Assembly: GCF_001194135.2 (NCBI RefSeq)
Contig: NC_068995.1
Location: 21,520,215 to 21,568,595, forward strand
Length of the DNA: 48,381 nt
Source: Octopus bimaculoides
Lineage: Eukaryota
Direction: 5' to 3'
The notes beneath the pieces are model-generated. The model saw nothing but the letters and a program-made list of their open reading frames with translations, searched no databases and had not been told where the DNA came from. Position numbers and translations under genes: made by a program. The first letter of the stretch is position 1. Each line of letters opens with the position of its first letter. Positions 37,195-48,381 of the stretch are shown piece after piece.

Positions 37195-39718
37195 ATGAAC
37201 CGTCCCAATAAGTGGAGGGGAGATATGGGTTTAATACATGTATCGTATTTTTTTAAATTTATATTTCACTGCATGTTTTGTAACTATACTTACGTCCACA
37301 CATTACGCCTGTTTCTTGTATCTTTATCTGTAACTGTATCACCTGCATCTGTTTGCCATAAGCAAATACGTGTAGGCCAAAATACATATTTATAATTGTT
37401 GATTACGTGTATATGTAACATTTGTAAATTCTGCATCAATCTCATGCAATAAATTTCTTGGTATTTTTACTGAGCACCTTGTATTTAAGATCTCAATTGA
37501 TGTCGTTTCGAAAGCATGAATTCGGTGCACAAAAGCGCAAAAAATGAGAGAAGCTGGCTGCAAAGGGTAGGAAGCGTATGGCTGAAATTATGGATCAATT
37601 TATGATACCATATACATCAGCGACATTACTGTCATCGAATAGCAATGCACCACTGCTCGGAAAAGACAGGCATGGAAATAACGACAGAAATGCCTAGCAA
37701 CAACAAATGCGTGGATGCGATGAAAATTCACAACAGGTTATGACATTTTCAGTAGGGGAGGAAATTGCGAAGGACTTATCAGATGCGTGCTGTCAACAAC
37801 ATTTACCTATTGCTGAAAATATGGTTGTGCAACAAGTAGTCACTACCTCTACTGACCCTGCATCTTGACCACAAACTCTATCCGATGGCTTGTGTACTGA
37901 TATTGTGAAATTTGGAGCTGTTCAAGTAAAAAGTACAAAAGAAAACCGCAGATTTAATCCCGACTTCTACTCTAAGATACCGGCAAATGGCGAAACTTTA
38001 GTTCGTACGTGGTGTGTATATTCAATTCAGCATGATGCAGGATATTGTTTCTGTTGCAAGCTGTTTGGTCGCAGTAAAATGAGATCAACGCTTGAAAGCG
38101 CCAGCAGTTGGCAATGTTTGAGTAAGATCTTAGAACATGAGAAATCACTCGACCATACGCAGCACATGATGAAATGGAAGGAGCTTGAATTTTGCCTTAA
38201 AATTGCCTCAACTCTTGAAAAACAGGCGATTGCTTTAGTGGAAAAGGAGAAAGCTCATTACAGCGCAGTGTTAGAACGTATCTTGGCAGTTGTTCTATTT
38301 TAGCTGAGAGGAATATAGCCTTTCGTTGTGTTTGCAATAGGCTCTACGTCCAGGATAATGGACATGTTTTTAGGCGAAGTGCAATTGCTTGCTAAGTTCG
38401 ATGCCGTTTCGTCAGAACACTTGCGACATATTCAGAATGCAGAAACAGTAGCTCATTGTTTTAGGACTTGATAGTCTAAATGAATTGATATCACTCCTTT
38501 CTGACCAACAGCACGTTAGCATGCATTCGTAATGCTTCAAAAAGCAAAGATTCAAAAGCTTAGTAAGAAGCAAACGCATTAGCTGCAGAAATTGCTTCCT
38601 TCCACTTTCTTCTGTGCTTGGTAATATGGTTCGATCTGCTCATTGATATCAATAAGGTCAGCAAGGTACTTCAGCATGAAAACATGTAAATTGAATCTGC
38701 CCAGAAGCTTATCTCATCTACAGAGGCCTTGCTGCACAGCTATCGAGAAGACGGTACGTTTTTCTTATCAGCACTGAACGTCGCAACCGAATTGTGTGAA
38801 AAATTGGAGATACCGGCGGAGATGCAAAATGAAAGGAGACATCGTGTGCCATATCACTTTCGATATGAAAGTGAAGATGAACTTCGCGTTTATGCTTTAC
38901 AATTTTTTTTTATTTTCATACAATCGACGTTGCTATTGTCTCCCTTGGGGAACGTTTTGACATGTTGAGCAAGAACAACGACACCCTTGCTTTACAACAT
39001 TCCTTCCCTGAAACACCGGGAAAATCAGAAGCTATTGGAACATTGTGCAATTGTTTCCACTGCACTAACAATACACACCGATGATGACGTTGTTAAGGTA
39101 GATATTGAGAAGACAGATCTAGCGGAAGAGCTTCGTTCACTTTCGCATTTTCTATCACCTGAGTGCAAGAAAGTCCGTGATGTGTTCAATTATATTCAGA
39201 AACACAGTCTTGTGGAGATATTCCCTAATGTGTTAGCGGCTTTGCAAATTATCCTTTCAATGCTTATGAGAGTTGCAAACAGAGAGCGCTGTTTCTCCAA
39301 ATTAAAGTTGATTAAATCATACCTGCGCTCCACTATGGCACAGGAAAGACTTTGAGAAATGTCTATCATATCTATTGAACACACACTTGGCTCTCGGACT
39401 GATTATTCTGAAATGGTCGATGATTTCACGAAGCGAAAATTGCGCCGTGTTCTTCTTTCAAAGTTGCCTAGATTATAAAAGTGCTCTCCAATTTATATCT
39501 GAAAGTTTTGTTTACTGAAATTTGTAATAGACCTAAACAAATTTAACTTGTATTTTTAAAGATGTTCTTTAGGATATCGTGAAATATTGAACTTCAGATA
39601 GAATGAAGTAAAATATAGCTTTGAATAAAAGGTGTGAAGATTATGAACTTTGATTGAAGGGATGGGTCCACGAAACAAAAAGTTGCAGAGGACCTCTAAA
39701 AGTCACGTGATGGCCCTT
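37195..39718 (+). mobile_element. Decayed hAT DNA transposon (ZMYM1-like/TTF zinc-finger type transposase)
   Basis: ATG at 37500 reads MSFRKHEFGAQKRKK. A TTF-type zinc-finger region (WCVYS...YCFCCKLF...HEKSLDH) lies in ORF 37890-38303. The hAT C-terminal dimerisation motif (NRERCFSKLKLIKSYLRSTMAQERL) lies in ORF 38987-39355. Degenerate TIR-like ends: ATGAACCGTCCC (37195) and GTGATGGCCCTT (ending 39718). No 8-bp TSD is preserved. Confidence 0.88.
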
Positions 39719-41091
39719 AGTAGTGCCAAAACAACACTAACCTGAATTAGTCGAGCCAATTTAATCTAAAGCAAAACTAACAGTATGTAATGCTGTAGAC
39801 TGTGTACATGATACTTATTCGATTTGCGGCCATTGTTTGCTCAAAAATGAATTGTATAAGCTTTAGTGGGTTAATCTAAGCATTAAAGAATAAGGACACT
39901 AAATATGTTATTAAATGGGCAATTATTAGTAGCGGTTCTCCGTATACTATTGGGAATTAGAATTGTAGTCTATGCTTAGAAGAAATATTCCATATCCCTA
40001 CCTCTAGCCACAGGTTCTTAATTCACAGAAGTGAATAAGTTCTGAAATGCGCAGATTCATTCAGAAAAGTATTTAAACACTTTCCAAATAAGGGTTTTTA
40101 ATCAGATATCACATCGATAGTATTACACACAAGTTAACCAAGTCAAATAATCTTTAATTAATTCTGTTTAGATTTGAACAATTTCACAATAAAAGTCAAA
40201 ACTGTAGGGCGTTTTGTTGATTGAGACTAACTATAATTAGAGTGTCAATTTTTTACTCTTCTCAATCAATACTACACTTCTAATATCAAAATAACTATAA
40301 AATTGTATTAATATGGACTCGTGTAAATACCCAAATAGAAAGGATATATATTTATTTCTATATTATCTCTTTTTATTTTCGATTCCTTTTAAATCTGCCC
40401 GCTTTTCTTATAAGTAGCATGGCATCCTATTTGAGTCGTTAGTGTTATGAATGCATCCTGACCTAATATAAGGATCATTCTGCTACTAAAGTTTTAACCT
40501 AATCTATAACTTAAAATGTTTAAATGGTCATTTTATGTTTCACTGAGACGAGTACTACAGACATATCGTATTCTAAACAATCTCCACTGTTACGTACTCT
40601 AAGTTTTTTATAATCCCCCACACAGAATATAATTTAAGAAGGATTGCCTTACGCTTCATTTCTCAGTTCGCTTCAGCCACGCCTAGAGGTATACCCTTGT
40701 ACAAACTGCATAGGAATGTCTACTTTGGATGAATTGGTACTTCAACCAAGCAAATGCGCAAGAAAGGTTACATGAGAGGACATTAGGACACTTATCCAGC
40801 ATAAACTGCTTGTTGGATTAGGATTTAATGACAACAATACTATAATAAACAAAGTTTGAAGATGTATAATTCTCTGTTCTTCTTTATGATGTCCTGATTA
40901 TACATTCTGTATGATGTACGAAATCCAATAAAGCGAACTCAGGATATCTACATCTCCAAACAATTTTGTATGTTCCTTATTCTAAGATGCGGTTAGCTCG
41001 ATCGGGATTATATCATAATGGTAATAAGGCACCTGCCTGGATTGTAAGTCCCTATTCATTTACGTCATATACACACACATACACACATACA

Positions 41092-41125
<34 letters not shown>

Positions 41126-41199
41126 CCTACATACATACATATATAAATACATACACATACGTATATACATATAAATATATGTCAATAAATAGGCAGTCT

Positions 41200-41511
41200 G
41201 AAGTCTCCTCTTACAACAAAACTATATTCCACAATTTTATCACCAAATGCATTTGCTGTACATTTGGGATACTTGACATATTTGTGGAAGAAATTCACTC
41301 AGTAGATATAGATATCCTCAGGATTTTAACATCAATTGGAAACCTCCACAAAAATAGTGATATCAACAGAATCTACCTGAGAAGCGATAAAGGTGTTATC
41401 TGCCTAATCTACCTAAGAAGGATAAAGGGGCTTGAGATCAGTGCAGACGGCGTTTACAAGTCGTGTAGTCGCTCTAAGACACCACTTGCTAAACAACATC
41501 AGCAAAAATAA
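41200..41511 (+). mobile_element. R4/Dong-like non-LTR retrotransposon fragment (region C-terminal to RT)
   Basis: Translates to TFGILDIFVEEIHSVDIDILRILTSIGNLHKNSDINRIYL and, in another frame, RGLRSVQTAFTSRVVALRHHL. This resembles the FG.I.W...E...ID...RK.LT....HP.SD..RLY..R..GGRGL signature of R4/Dong-type elements (recalled, not searched). Confidence 0.62.
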
Positions 41512-41803
41512 ATGAATTGACTTTGGCTTTTACTTACATAACCAAGTGCTCCAATTATTATTAGTATAAATGTAAATTTTGAGTCTGGATACAGAAGCTG
41601 GAGCTTTGGAAGCAGATGTCGATAGTTATCTCCTTTCTCTTTGATTTTCGAAAAGATATTCTCACCAGCAGGACAGCTGACCTCAATGACACTACATACA
41701 TTTTCTTGTCGTCCTAAAGAACAATATCAGGCATGTTATGTTTACACTTGACAGATGTTTCGACGGTAACATTCCACCAGTATTCCTTGTGCTGAGATCT
41801 GTG

Positions 41804-41837
<34 letters not shown>

Positions 41838-42449
41838 TGTATGTATGTATGCATGTATGTATGTATGCATATATATATATATANNNNNNNNNNNNNNNNN
41901 NNNNNNNNNNNNNNNNNNNNNNNNNNNNNNNNNNNNNNNNNNNNNNNNNNNNNNNNNNNNNNNNNNNNNNNNNNNNNNNNNNNNNNNNNNNNNNNNNNNN
42001 NNNNNNNNNNNNNNNNNNNNNNNNNNNNNNNNNNNNNNNNNNNNNNNNNNNNNNNNNNNNNNNNNNNNNNNNNNNNNNNNNNNNNNNNNNNNNNNNNNNN
42101 NNNNNNNNNNNNNNNNNNNNNNNNNNNNNNNNNNNNNNNNNNNNNNNNNNNNNNNNNNNNNNNNNNNNNNNNNNNNNNNNNNNNNNNNNNNNNNNNNNNN
42201 NNNNNNNNNNNNNNNNNNNNNNNNNNNNNNNNNNNNNNNNNNNNNNNNNNNNNNNNNNNNNNNNNNNNNNNNNNNNNNNNNNNNNNNNNNNNNNNNNNNN
42301 NNNNNNNNNNNNNNNNNNNNNNNNNNNNNNNNNNNNNNNNNNNNNNNNNNNNNNNNNNNNNNNNNNNNNNNNNNNNNNNNNNNNNNNNNNNNNNNNNNNN
42401 NNNNNNNNNNNNNNNNNNNNNNNNNNNNNNNNNNNNNNNNNNNNNNNNN

Positions 42450-42498
<49 letters not shown>

Positions 42499-43556
42499 GA
42501 GAGAGAAGTGCTAGAACGTAAAATACCATTATAGTATTGACATGAAAAACCAAATCGCCTACTGGTAACCGATGTTAACGCATTAAGCATTTGCATTCGT
42601 GCCACTAAGATATCAACTGTGTAATTAATTCTTCCACTTCGTCATTTTATTTCGTTTGTTTTACCTTTATTCATTGCTATTGATTTACTTTTCGATATTT
42701 TGATGCCTGACTTTGAGCCTTGGTCACCAAGAAAATGTTCCTTATTTATATATAGAATACCAAATTAGACGGTGTTTTTTTAACGGAATACAACTAACTG
42801 CTTTCCTTTAGTGGGAATATAATTAAATATGTATTAGTAATTTACTGATCTGAATTATTCATTTTGTGCATAATTAATATTGAAATCTGTATCGTAAATT
42901 TATTGTTGTAGTGGTTATGGATGTCATGTCAATTGAGTTGAATATCCCACTTTTATCATATTTCTATTTGCTCTTGGGATATTTGTATAAATTCTGTTGT
43001 ATGTATTAATCCTTAATGGTGAAAAGACGCTAACATCTTTCTGAGTGCACCAAGTTTTACATTAGTTATATACGATTAGCTGCCATGTTGTTTAGATTAT
43101 GTTCTCAAGAAAAAACACCAAACACCAAACAGCTTAAATAACACAAGTTGAGACCAGATATAAGTGAACAAAAATGATTCACCTCGGTTCTCACACTTCA
43201 TTAAAAACTACCCAGTTTTGCTTTTCATGTCAAAACGTTGTTCCCGCATTAAATATATAGTCATGTAATTTTTCTGCAGTGGGTACTCTATGAAAATCAA
43301 GTTTTGTTTACATATCACTTCTCAGCTTTTTGGCCAAGATCTAAGAGTAATAATTTCAGAGTGGAGCTTATTAAATATATTATTTTCAAAGATTTATTTA
43401 CCATCTTACTCCTATTGTAATTTTCTTCAACGGATATTTAAGACATATCAATTTTTCATCGTTCAAATGTGGTATAATTTTTTTAAACTATTATTTCTAT
43501 GACTATACTGATATATTCATATATGATTTGACAATGTATGAATGGAATCAGTATTA

Positions 43557-43766
43557 AAGCGGTGAGCTGGCAGAAACGTTAGCACACCGGTTGAAATGTT
43601 TAGCGGTATTTCGTCTGTCTGTACGTTGAGTTCAAATTCCGCCGAGGTCGACTTTGCCTTCCGGGGTCGAAAAGTCTTGTACCATTTGCGTAGTGGGGTC
43701 GATCTAGTCGACTGGCCCACTTCCCAAAAATGTCGTGCCTTGTGCCTAGAGTAGAAAAGAGTATAT
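43557..43766 (+). mobile_element. tRNA-derived SINE, family 2, full length
   Basis: GCGGTGAGCTGGCAGAAACGTTAGC, GAGTTCAAATTCCGCCGAGGTCGACTTTGCC, ending AGAGTAGAAAAGAGTATATT. Confidence 0.9.
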
Positions 43767-44129
43767 TAAAGTTATTTTTTCGTTTATTTATCAAAAACAA
43801 CAATGCTATCCTAAAAATTAGCATTTGATGAAAATTTTGATAAAATGATTTCTTACCAATTGTCTCAGTTTTCTTTCACATCTTAAATGAATGCAAGCTA
43901 TGCATAATTTAATCCTTCTACTGAAGGATTTGAACTCGTACTACAAATTAATGCCACGATTTTTTTTTTTTTTCATTTTACAAGGCATGATAATTCACAG
44001 GTGGTGAGGCATGCTAAACAGGAATCGTAACCCTCGGGGAGCAGTAAATTAAAATATAACTCTACCGTATCTGCGCAAGCACATTCGTGTTTCCCCTCTA
44101 GCAGTGAAAAATGACCTAACACTGGTGTG

Positions 44130-44439
44130 AGAGATAATGTCTATGTGTGAGAGTTTGCGTATACATATTTGCAGTCATATGTAAAAATATATACTCATAC
44201 GCGTACATGCATTTTTGCATTCTCACATATATATTCATATGGAGGTTTATACGTATACCTTCATATATATGTATTGCATATATAGAATATATACAAATAT
44301 ACATATATATGTATGTATACGCACATACACATTTGCATGTACAGAGTTACTAATATATATATATGAATATGGTTTCATGCATACAAATATACACATATAT
44401 GTGTGTATATACAGTAACATATATATATAAATATACTCA

Positions 44440-44485
<46 letters not shown>

Positions 44486-44595
44486 CACATACACATACTA
44501 ATGTATGCATATATATACGTATTTATTTATATTTGTATATATATTATATAAACGTATATGAATATATGTACATATATTTATGTATGTATATATAT

Positions 44596-44648
<53 letters not shown>

Positions 44649-44800
44649 TATATATATACACATATACATACATATATTTACGTATGTAAGTGTATATATG
44701 TATATATATATATATATATATTATATATATGTATATATGTACATATATATAAATATATATATAACATCAATATATTGATATTCGTAGGAGTGGCATACAT
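44130..44800. repeat. Large degenerate (TA)n/(CA)n/(TATG)n microsatellite field
   Basis: Read directly. Similar arrays occur at 1-120, 5690-5890, 9670-9730 (CT)n, 13855-13907 and 45655-45735 (TATC)n, 15498-15640 (CA)n and 36100-36220 (CTA/GTT)n. Confidence 0.95.
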
Positions 44801-45703
44801 TTTGCGCATGTACGGATTAAAACGAGGTAATTGAAAGCTGAACGCCTGTACATATAGTGCTATATGTATAGGCCTTCTGTTTATGTATGTATGTGCTTTT
44901 GACATTAATGGATTTGCCAACATCTGGATTGTTTTAACGAAATTTCTAGACTCTTATAAGCGTCAGTGCATGTGAACGTTTTCATTTATACAGAAAATTC
45001 AGTGCAAATGAACTCGTTCATTCAGACTGAGCTGGAGAAGGAGAGAAACTGCGTTACAGAGTTTGAGAGATAGAGAGAGACAATTAGAAGAGAAAGAAGA
45101 CAACAAGAGAGAGAGAGAGAGAGAGAGAAAGGAGGAGAAATTTTTGACGTTAAAATATATTGGGTGAGACAGCGTTAATGTAACTCAAAGAAGTATGAGG
45201 GAATGATTAAAAGAATGCGCAAGGCAAAGATTTGTCATAGTTTAGTAAAATTTCTTCGCTCAATGATTTAATAAATAATAGATGAAGTATCTTGAACACC
45301 ACACACATACTGACAAACAAGCACACACACACACACACACACGCACACATACATACGCACATACACACACACACACAGACACACACACACACATACACAT
45401 ACACACTCATACACAAAGTCACACACAGATTTACATAAACCGTTACACACACATATATATGCATATATATAAACAGAAAGAGTAAAACAGAAACTGAGTA
45501 GGAGCTGAGAGTAAGAAAGACATGTTCTGTGAGTTAGATATGTAGCAGGAGACAACGGACTCACAAACTAATGAATATATTTATATATACGATATCAAAA
45601 TATTAGGTCGTAAAGAAACATATCTTGATTTCTATTCTATCATGTCATAGCAATCTATCTATCTATCTATCTTTCTATATATCTATCTATCTATCTATCT
45701 ATA

Positions 45704-45735
<32 letters not shown>

Positions 45736-45810
45736 GATTGATCCCTTTCTCTCTTTCTCTTTCTCCCTACATATATGTGTTTGTGTGTGTGTGTGTGTGC
45801 ATGAAAGCAC

Positions 45811-46100
45811 ATGGCTTATTGTTTAGGCGTATTTGGCTCACGATCATATTGTCGTAAGTTTGATACCCGGGAGGGCGTCCGGTCCTTCATGAAGATTATT
45901 TTGAATTGTTCTAATTTTGAGTTGGCAAAAAGGAATACCACCCGTATTTCAAAAACCAGTCTCGTTAAATTCTGTGTCACGCTGAATCTCTCTGAGAACT
46001 GCATTAAAAACACGAGTGAGTGTGGAGTGCTCAACTCCTTAATTTTCATAAGCAGGTTGTACCGTTGATCGGATGAAGTGGAACACTCGTCGTAACCGAC
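45811..46100 (+). mobile_element. tRNA-derived SINE, family 3
   Basis: A-box-like TGGCTTATTGTTT and B-box-like GTTTGATACC. The body CTGTGTCACGCTGAATCTC...CCGTTGATCGGAT...CGTCGTAACCGAC resembles an octopus SINE recalled from memory. It is cut by an N-gap at 46101. Confidence 0.7.
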
Positions 46101-46861
46101 NNNNNNNNNNNNNNNNNNNNNNNNNNNNNNNNNNNNNNNNNNNNNNNNNNNNNNNNNNNNNNNNNNNNNNNNNNNNNNNNNNNNNNNNNNNNNNNNNNNN
46201 NNNNNNNNNNNNNNNNNNNNNNNNNNNNNNNNNNNNNNNNNNNNNNNNNNNNNNNNNNNNNNNNNNNNNNNNNNNNNNNNNNNNNNNNNNNNNNNNNNNN
46301 NNNNNNNNNNNNNNNNNNNNNNNNNNNNNNNNNNNNNNNNNNNNNNNNNNNNNNNNNNNNNNNNNNNNNNNNNNNNTATATATATATATATATATATGAT
46401 AGTGATATTAATGTGAGCTGTGACAGTAGTTGTTTTAGCTGTATCACTTTTTGATGCTGCTGTTGATGCAGGTTGGTTTATGTTATCGTCCTGTGGCGAT
46501 AATAAACGAAGAAACGTATGATCAGAGTTTATCCTACAGTCACTATTGGACCCATTCTTTCAGTGTAGACGTTACATTATTAAATGTGACTCTTTCGAAA
46601 AAAAACATGTGCGGATTGGTTGCAATTTCTACTTCTTGAAGGCATGTCAGTAAATGTGTTCGGTATTATTTGAAAGACCCGTACATTTGAGTTCTACAAC
46701 TATCTGTTTAGCTAAATTTTCAAATTCGTTACATTCAGTCTTCGGAGTAAATTCTCTTTCAGAAGCATCCATATTTCTGTATGTTACCATGCTTTGCGCT
46801 CCACGGTAATGTATTTCTTCAATACATACATCTTTAAATAAACATTATGATTATTACGGAA

Positions 46862-47540
46862 AAGGCGGCAAGCTGACAGAATCGTTACCGCACTGGACGA
46901 AATGCTTAGCGGCATTTCTTGCAGATTATTTTACGCTCTCCGTTCAAATACCGCTGAGGTCGAATTTACTTTCCACTGTCGAATAAATAAATACTAGTAG
47001 TTGAACAGAGGGATCGACTAACCCCATCCCCTGGAATTTTATGTCTTGTCCCTATAGTAGAGAGAATCACGGAAAATATATCGAACTGGCAGAATCATTA
47101 GTGCACCAGACGAAATGTTTAGCGGCATTTCTTCCGGTTCTTTATGTCATGAGTTCAAAAGTCAAGATCGAATTTACATTCCATCCTTTCGCAGTAGGTC
47201 GAATAAGTACCAGTTGAGCGCTTGGTCGATGCGCCTGACTTTCCGTCCTCTTAAAACTACTTGTTTCTGCCAAGATTAGAAATGGTTATGATTATAATGG
47301 AAGTAATGGTGGTGCTTGTGCAGAATCGTTACTGCATTGGAAAAGTTTAATGTTAAGTATTTTTCATTCCGATTTTTTTTTTTTTTTTTTGCGTTCTGAG
47401 ACCAAATCACATCGAGGTCAATCTTGTCGAATCTTTCTCCAAGTCAACCTTGTCGATCATCTATCTACCCGAGTCACGTACTAGAATCACAGCTACCGTA
47501 TCAACCCACTCCTCAAAATTACTTGCCTCCTCCCTAAATT
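46862..47540 (+). mobile_element. Three head-to-tail family-2 SINE copies (46862-47068, 47082-47290, ~47318-47540)
   Basis: Each begins with a GCAGAATC(G/A)TTA-like head. The first two have GACGAAATG(C/T)TTAGCGGCATTTCTT and a GTTCAAA B-box; the third is more degenerate. Confidence 0.78.
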
Positions 47541-48119
47541 TAAAAACATTAAGTTAAAGCATTTCAATATTTGCACCTCACAGTAACTAAATTATTTATA
47601 TTTCAAACATTCTCATTTTAGTTTCTTTTCCGCTTTATATTCATTTTGCTTTTATTCATTTATTCTTTCTTTTTCTGGCATTTATTTAAGTTATCCTTAG
47701 TTACAAAACTCTCTACTAATATTTCGTTTACGTATTTGTTTTGCAAGTTTCTTGATGTGAAATCGTGTCATTAGTTATAAAAATATTTGCAAATCATTAG
47801 TTACAGTTTTATTTGTTAAACTGTATTAATCTGTTACAATGCGATTGCCCAACACGTTTTAATCAGTTGTATTCTTTCATTCAGTTTACCATGTTTATTC
47901 TCCCCTTTACCTCTTTCTTTTGCATTAACCAATTGTCAACTTCCATTATTCTTATCTTACAGTATTTTACGTTCTCTTTTCTTCAGCTGGCTTAATTCAT
48001 TTACTACCAAGAAATCCCATAGAAGCACATTTCTTTCAGCAACAGGAGTTTGTTTAAAACTTATTTCCCGTTACTTTTAATGCTTAATTCCTCCTTTAAG
48101 CATCAAAATTATAAGAATG

Positions 48120-48164
<45 letters not shown>

Positions 48165-48381
48165 CTAGCAGAAATACCCGGCGTTGCCCGGGTTAAAGAG
48201 AATAATGAAATCTAAAAACGCCGTCTAGACTACGCATCATCTTTATATATAGAGATGTATATACACACACGCACCCAAACACACGTATATATATGTATAT
48301 CAATATAAATATATGAAAGTCAATGAAGTTTCGTAAAAGAAGGTGATCATGTACATACTTTCTTGCTGTTGTGATTATAAC
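48165..48381 (-). mobile_element. Second copy of the same Helitron (3' end; continues beyond the window)
   Basis: Reverse complement of 25175-25395. It differs by 2 substitutions and a 4-nt (GT)n indel. CTAG terminus at 48165-48168, hairpin intact, located at the end of a (TA)n array. Confidence 0.92.

Overview
AT-rich eukaryotic (animal) draft-assembly DNA with 13 N-gaps, almost all abutting (TA)n microsatellites. The repeat families resemble those I recall from Octopus (coleoid cephalopod); this is inference, not a database result. No complete protein-coding gene can be supported, and most ORF-track entries are microsatellite or N artefacts. The window is mainly a transposon graveyard. It contains: about 12 tRNA-derived SINE copies from three families; a complete 1.55-kb non-autonomous Helitron plus a near-identical inverted 3' end at the window edge; a decayed DD41D Tc1/mariner; a decayed hAT; RTE and R4/Dong-like LINE fragments; and Penelope-like remnants (a GIY-YIG fragment and two fold-back inverted repeats with partial hammerhead-ribozyme motifs). 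A CpG-rich island at ~23.0 kb has a palindromic E-box and outward-facing splice donors, so it is a candidate divergent promoter. A well-bounded minus-strand candidate exon lies at 19.03-19.28 kb. I found no system I can claim as new; the best leads are the Penelope fold-backs with ribozyme half-sites, the young chimeric Helitron, and the candidate promoter with its unidentified gene(s).
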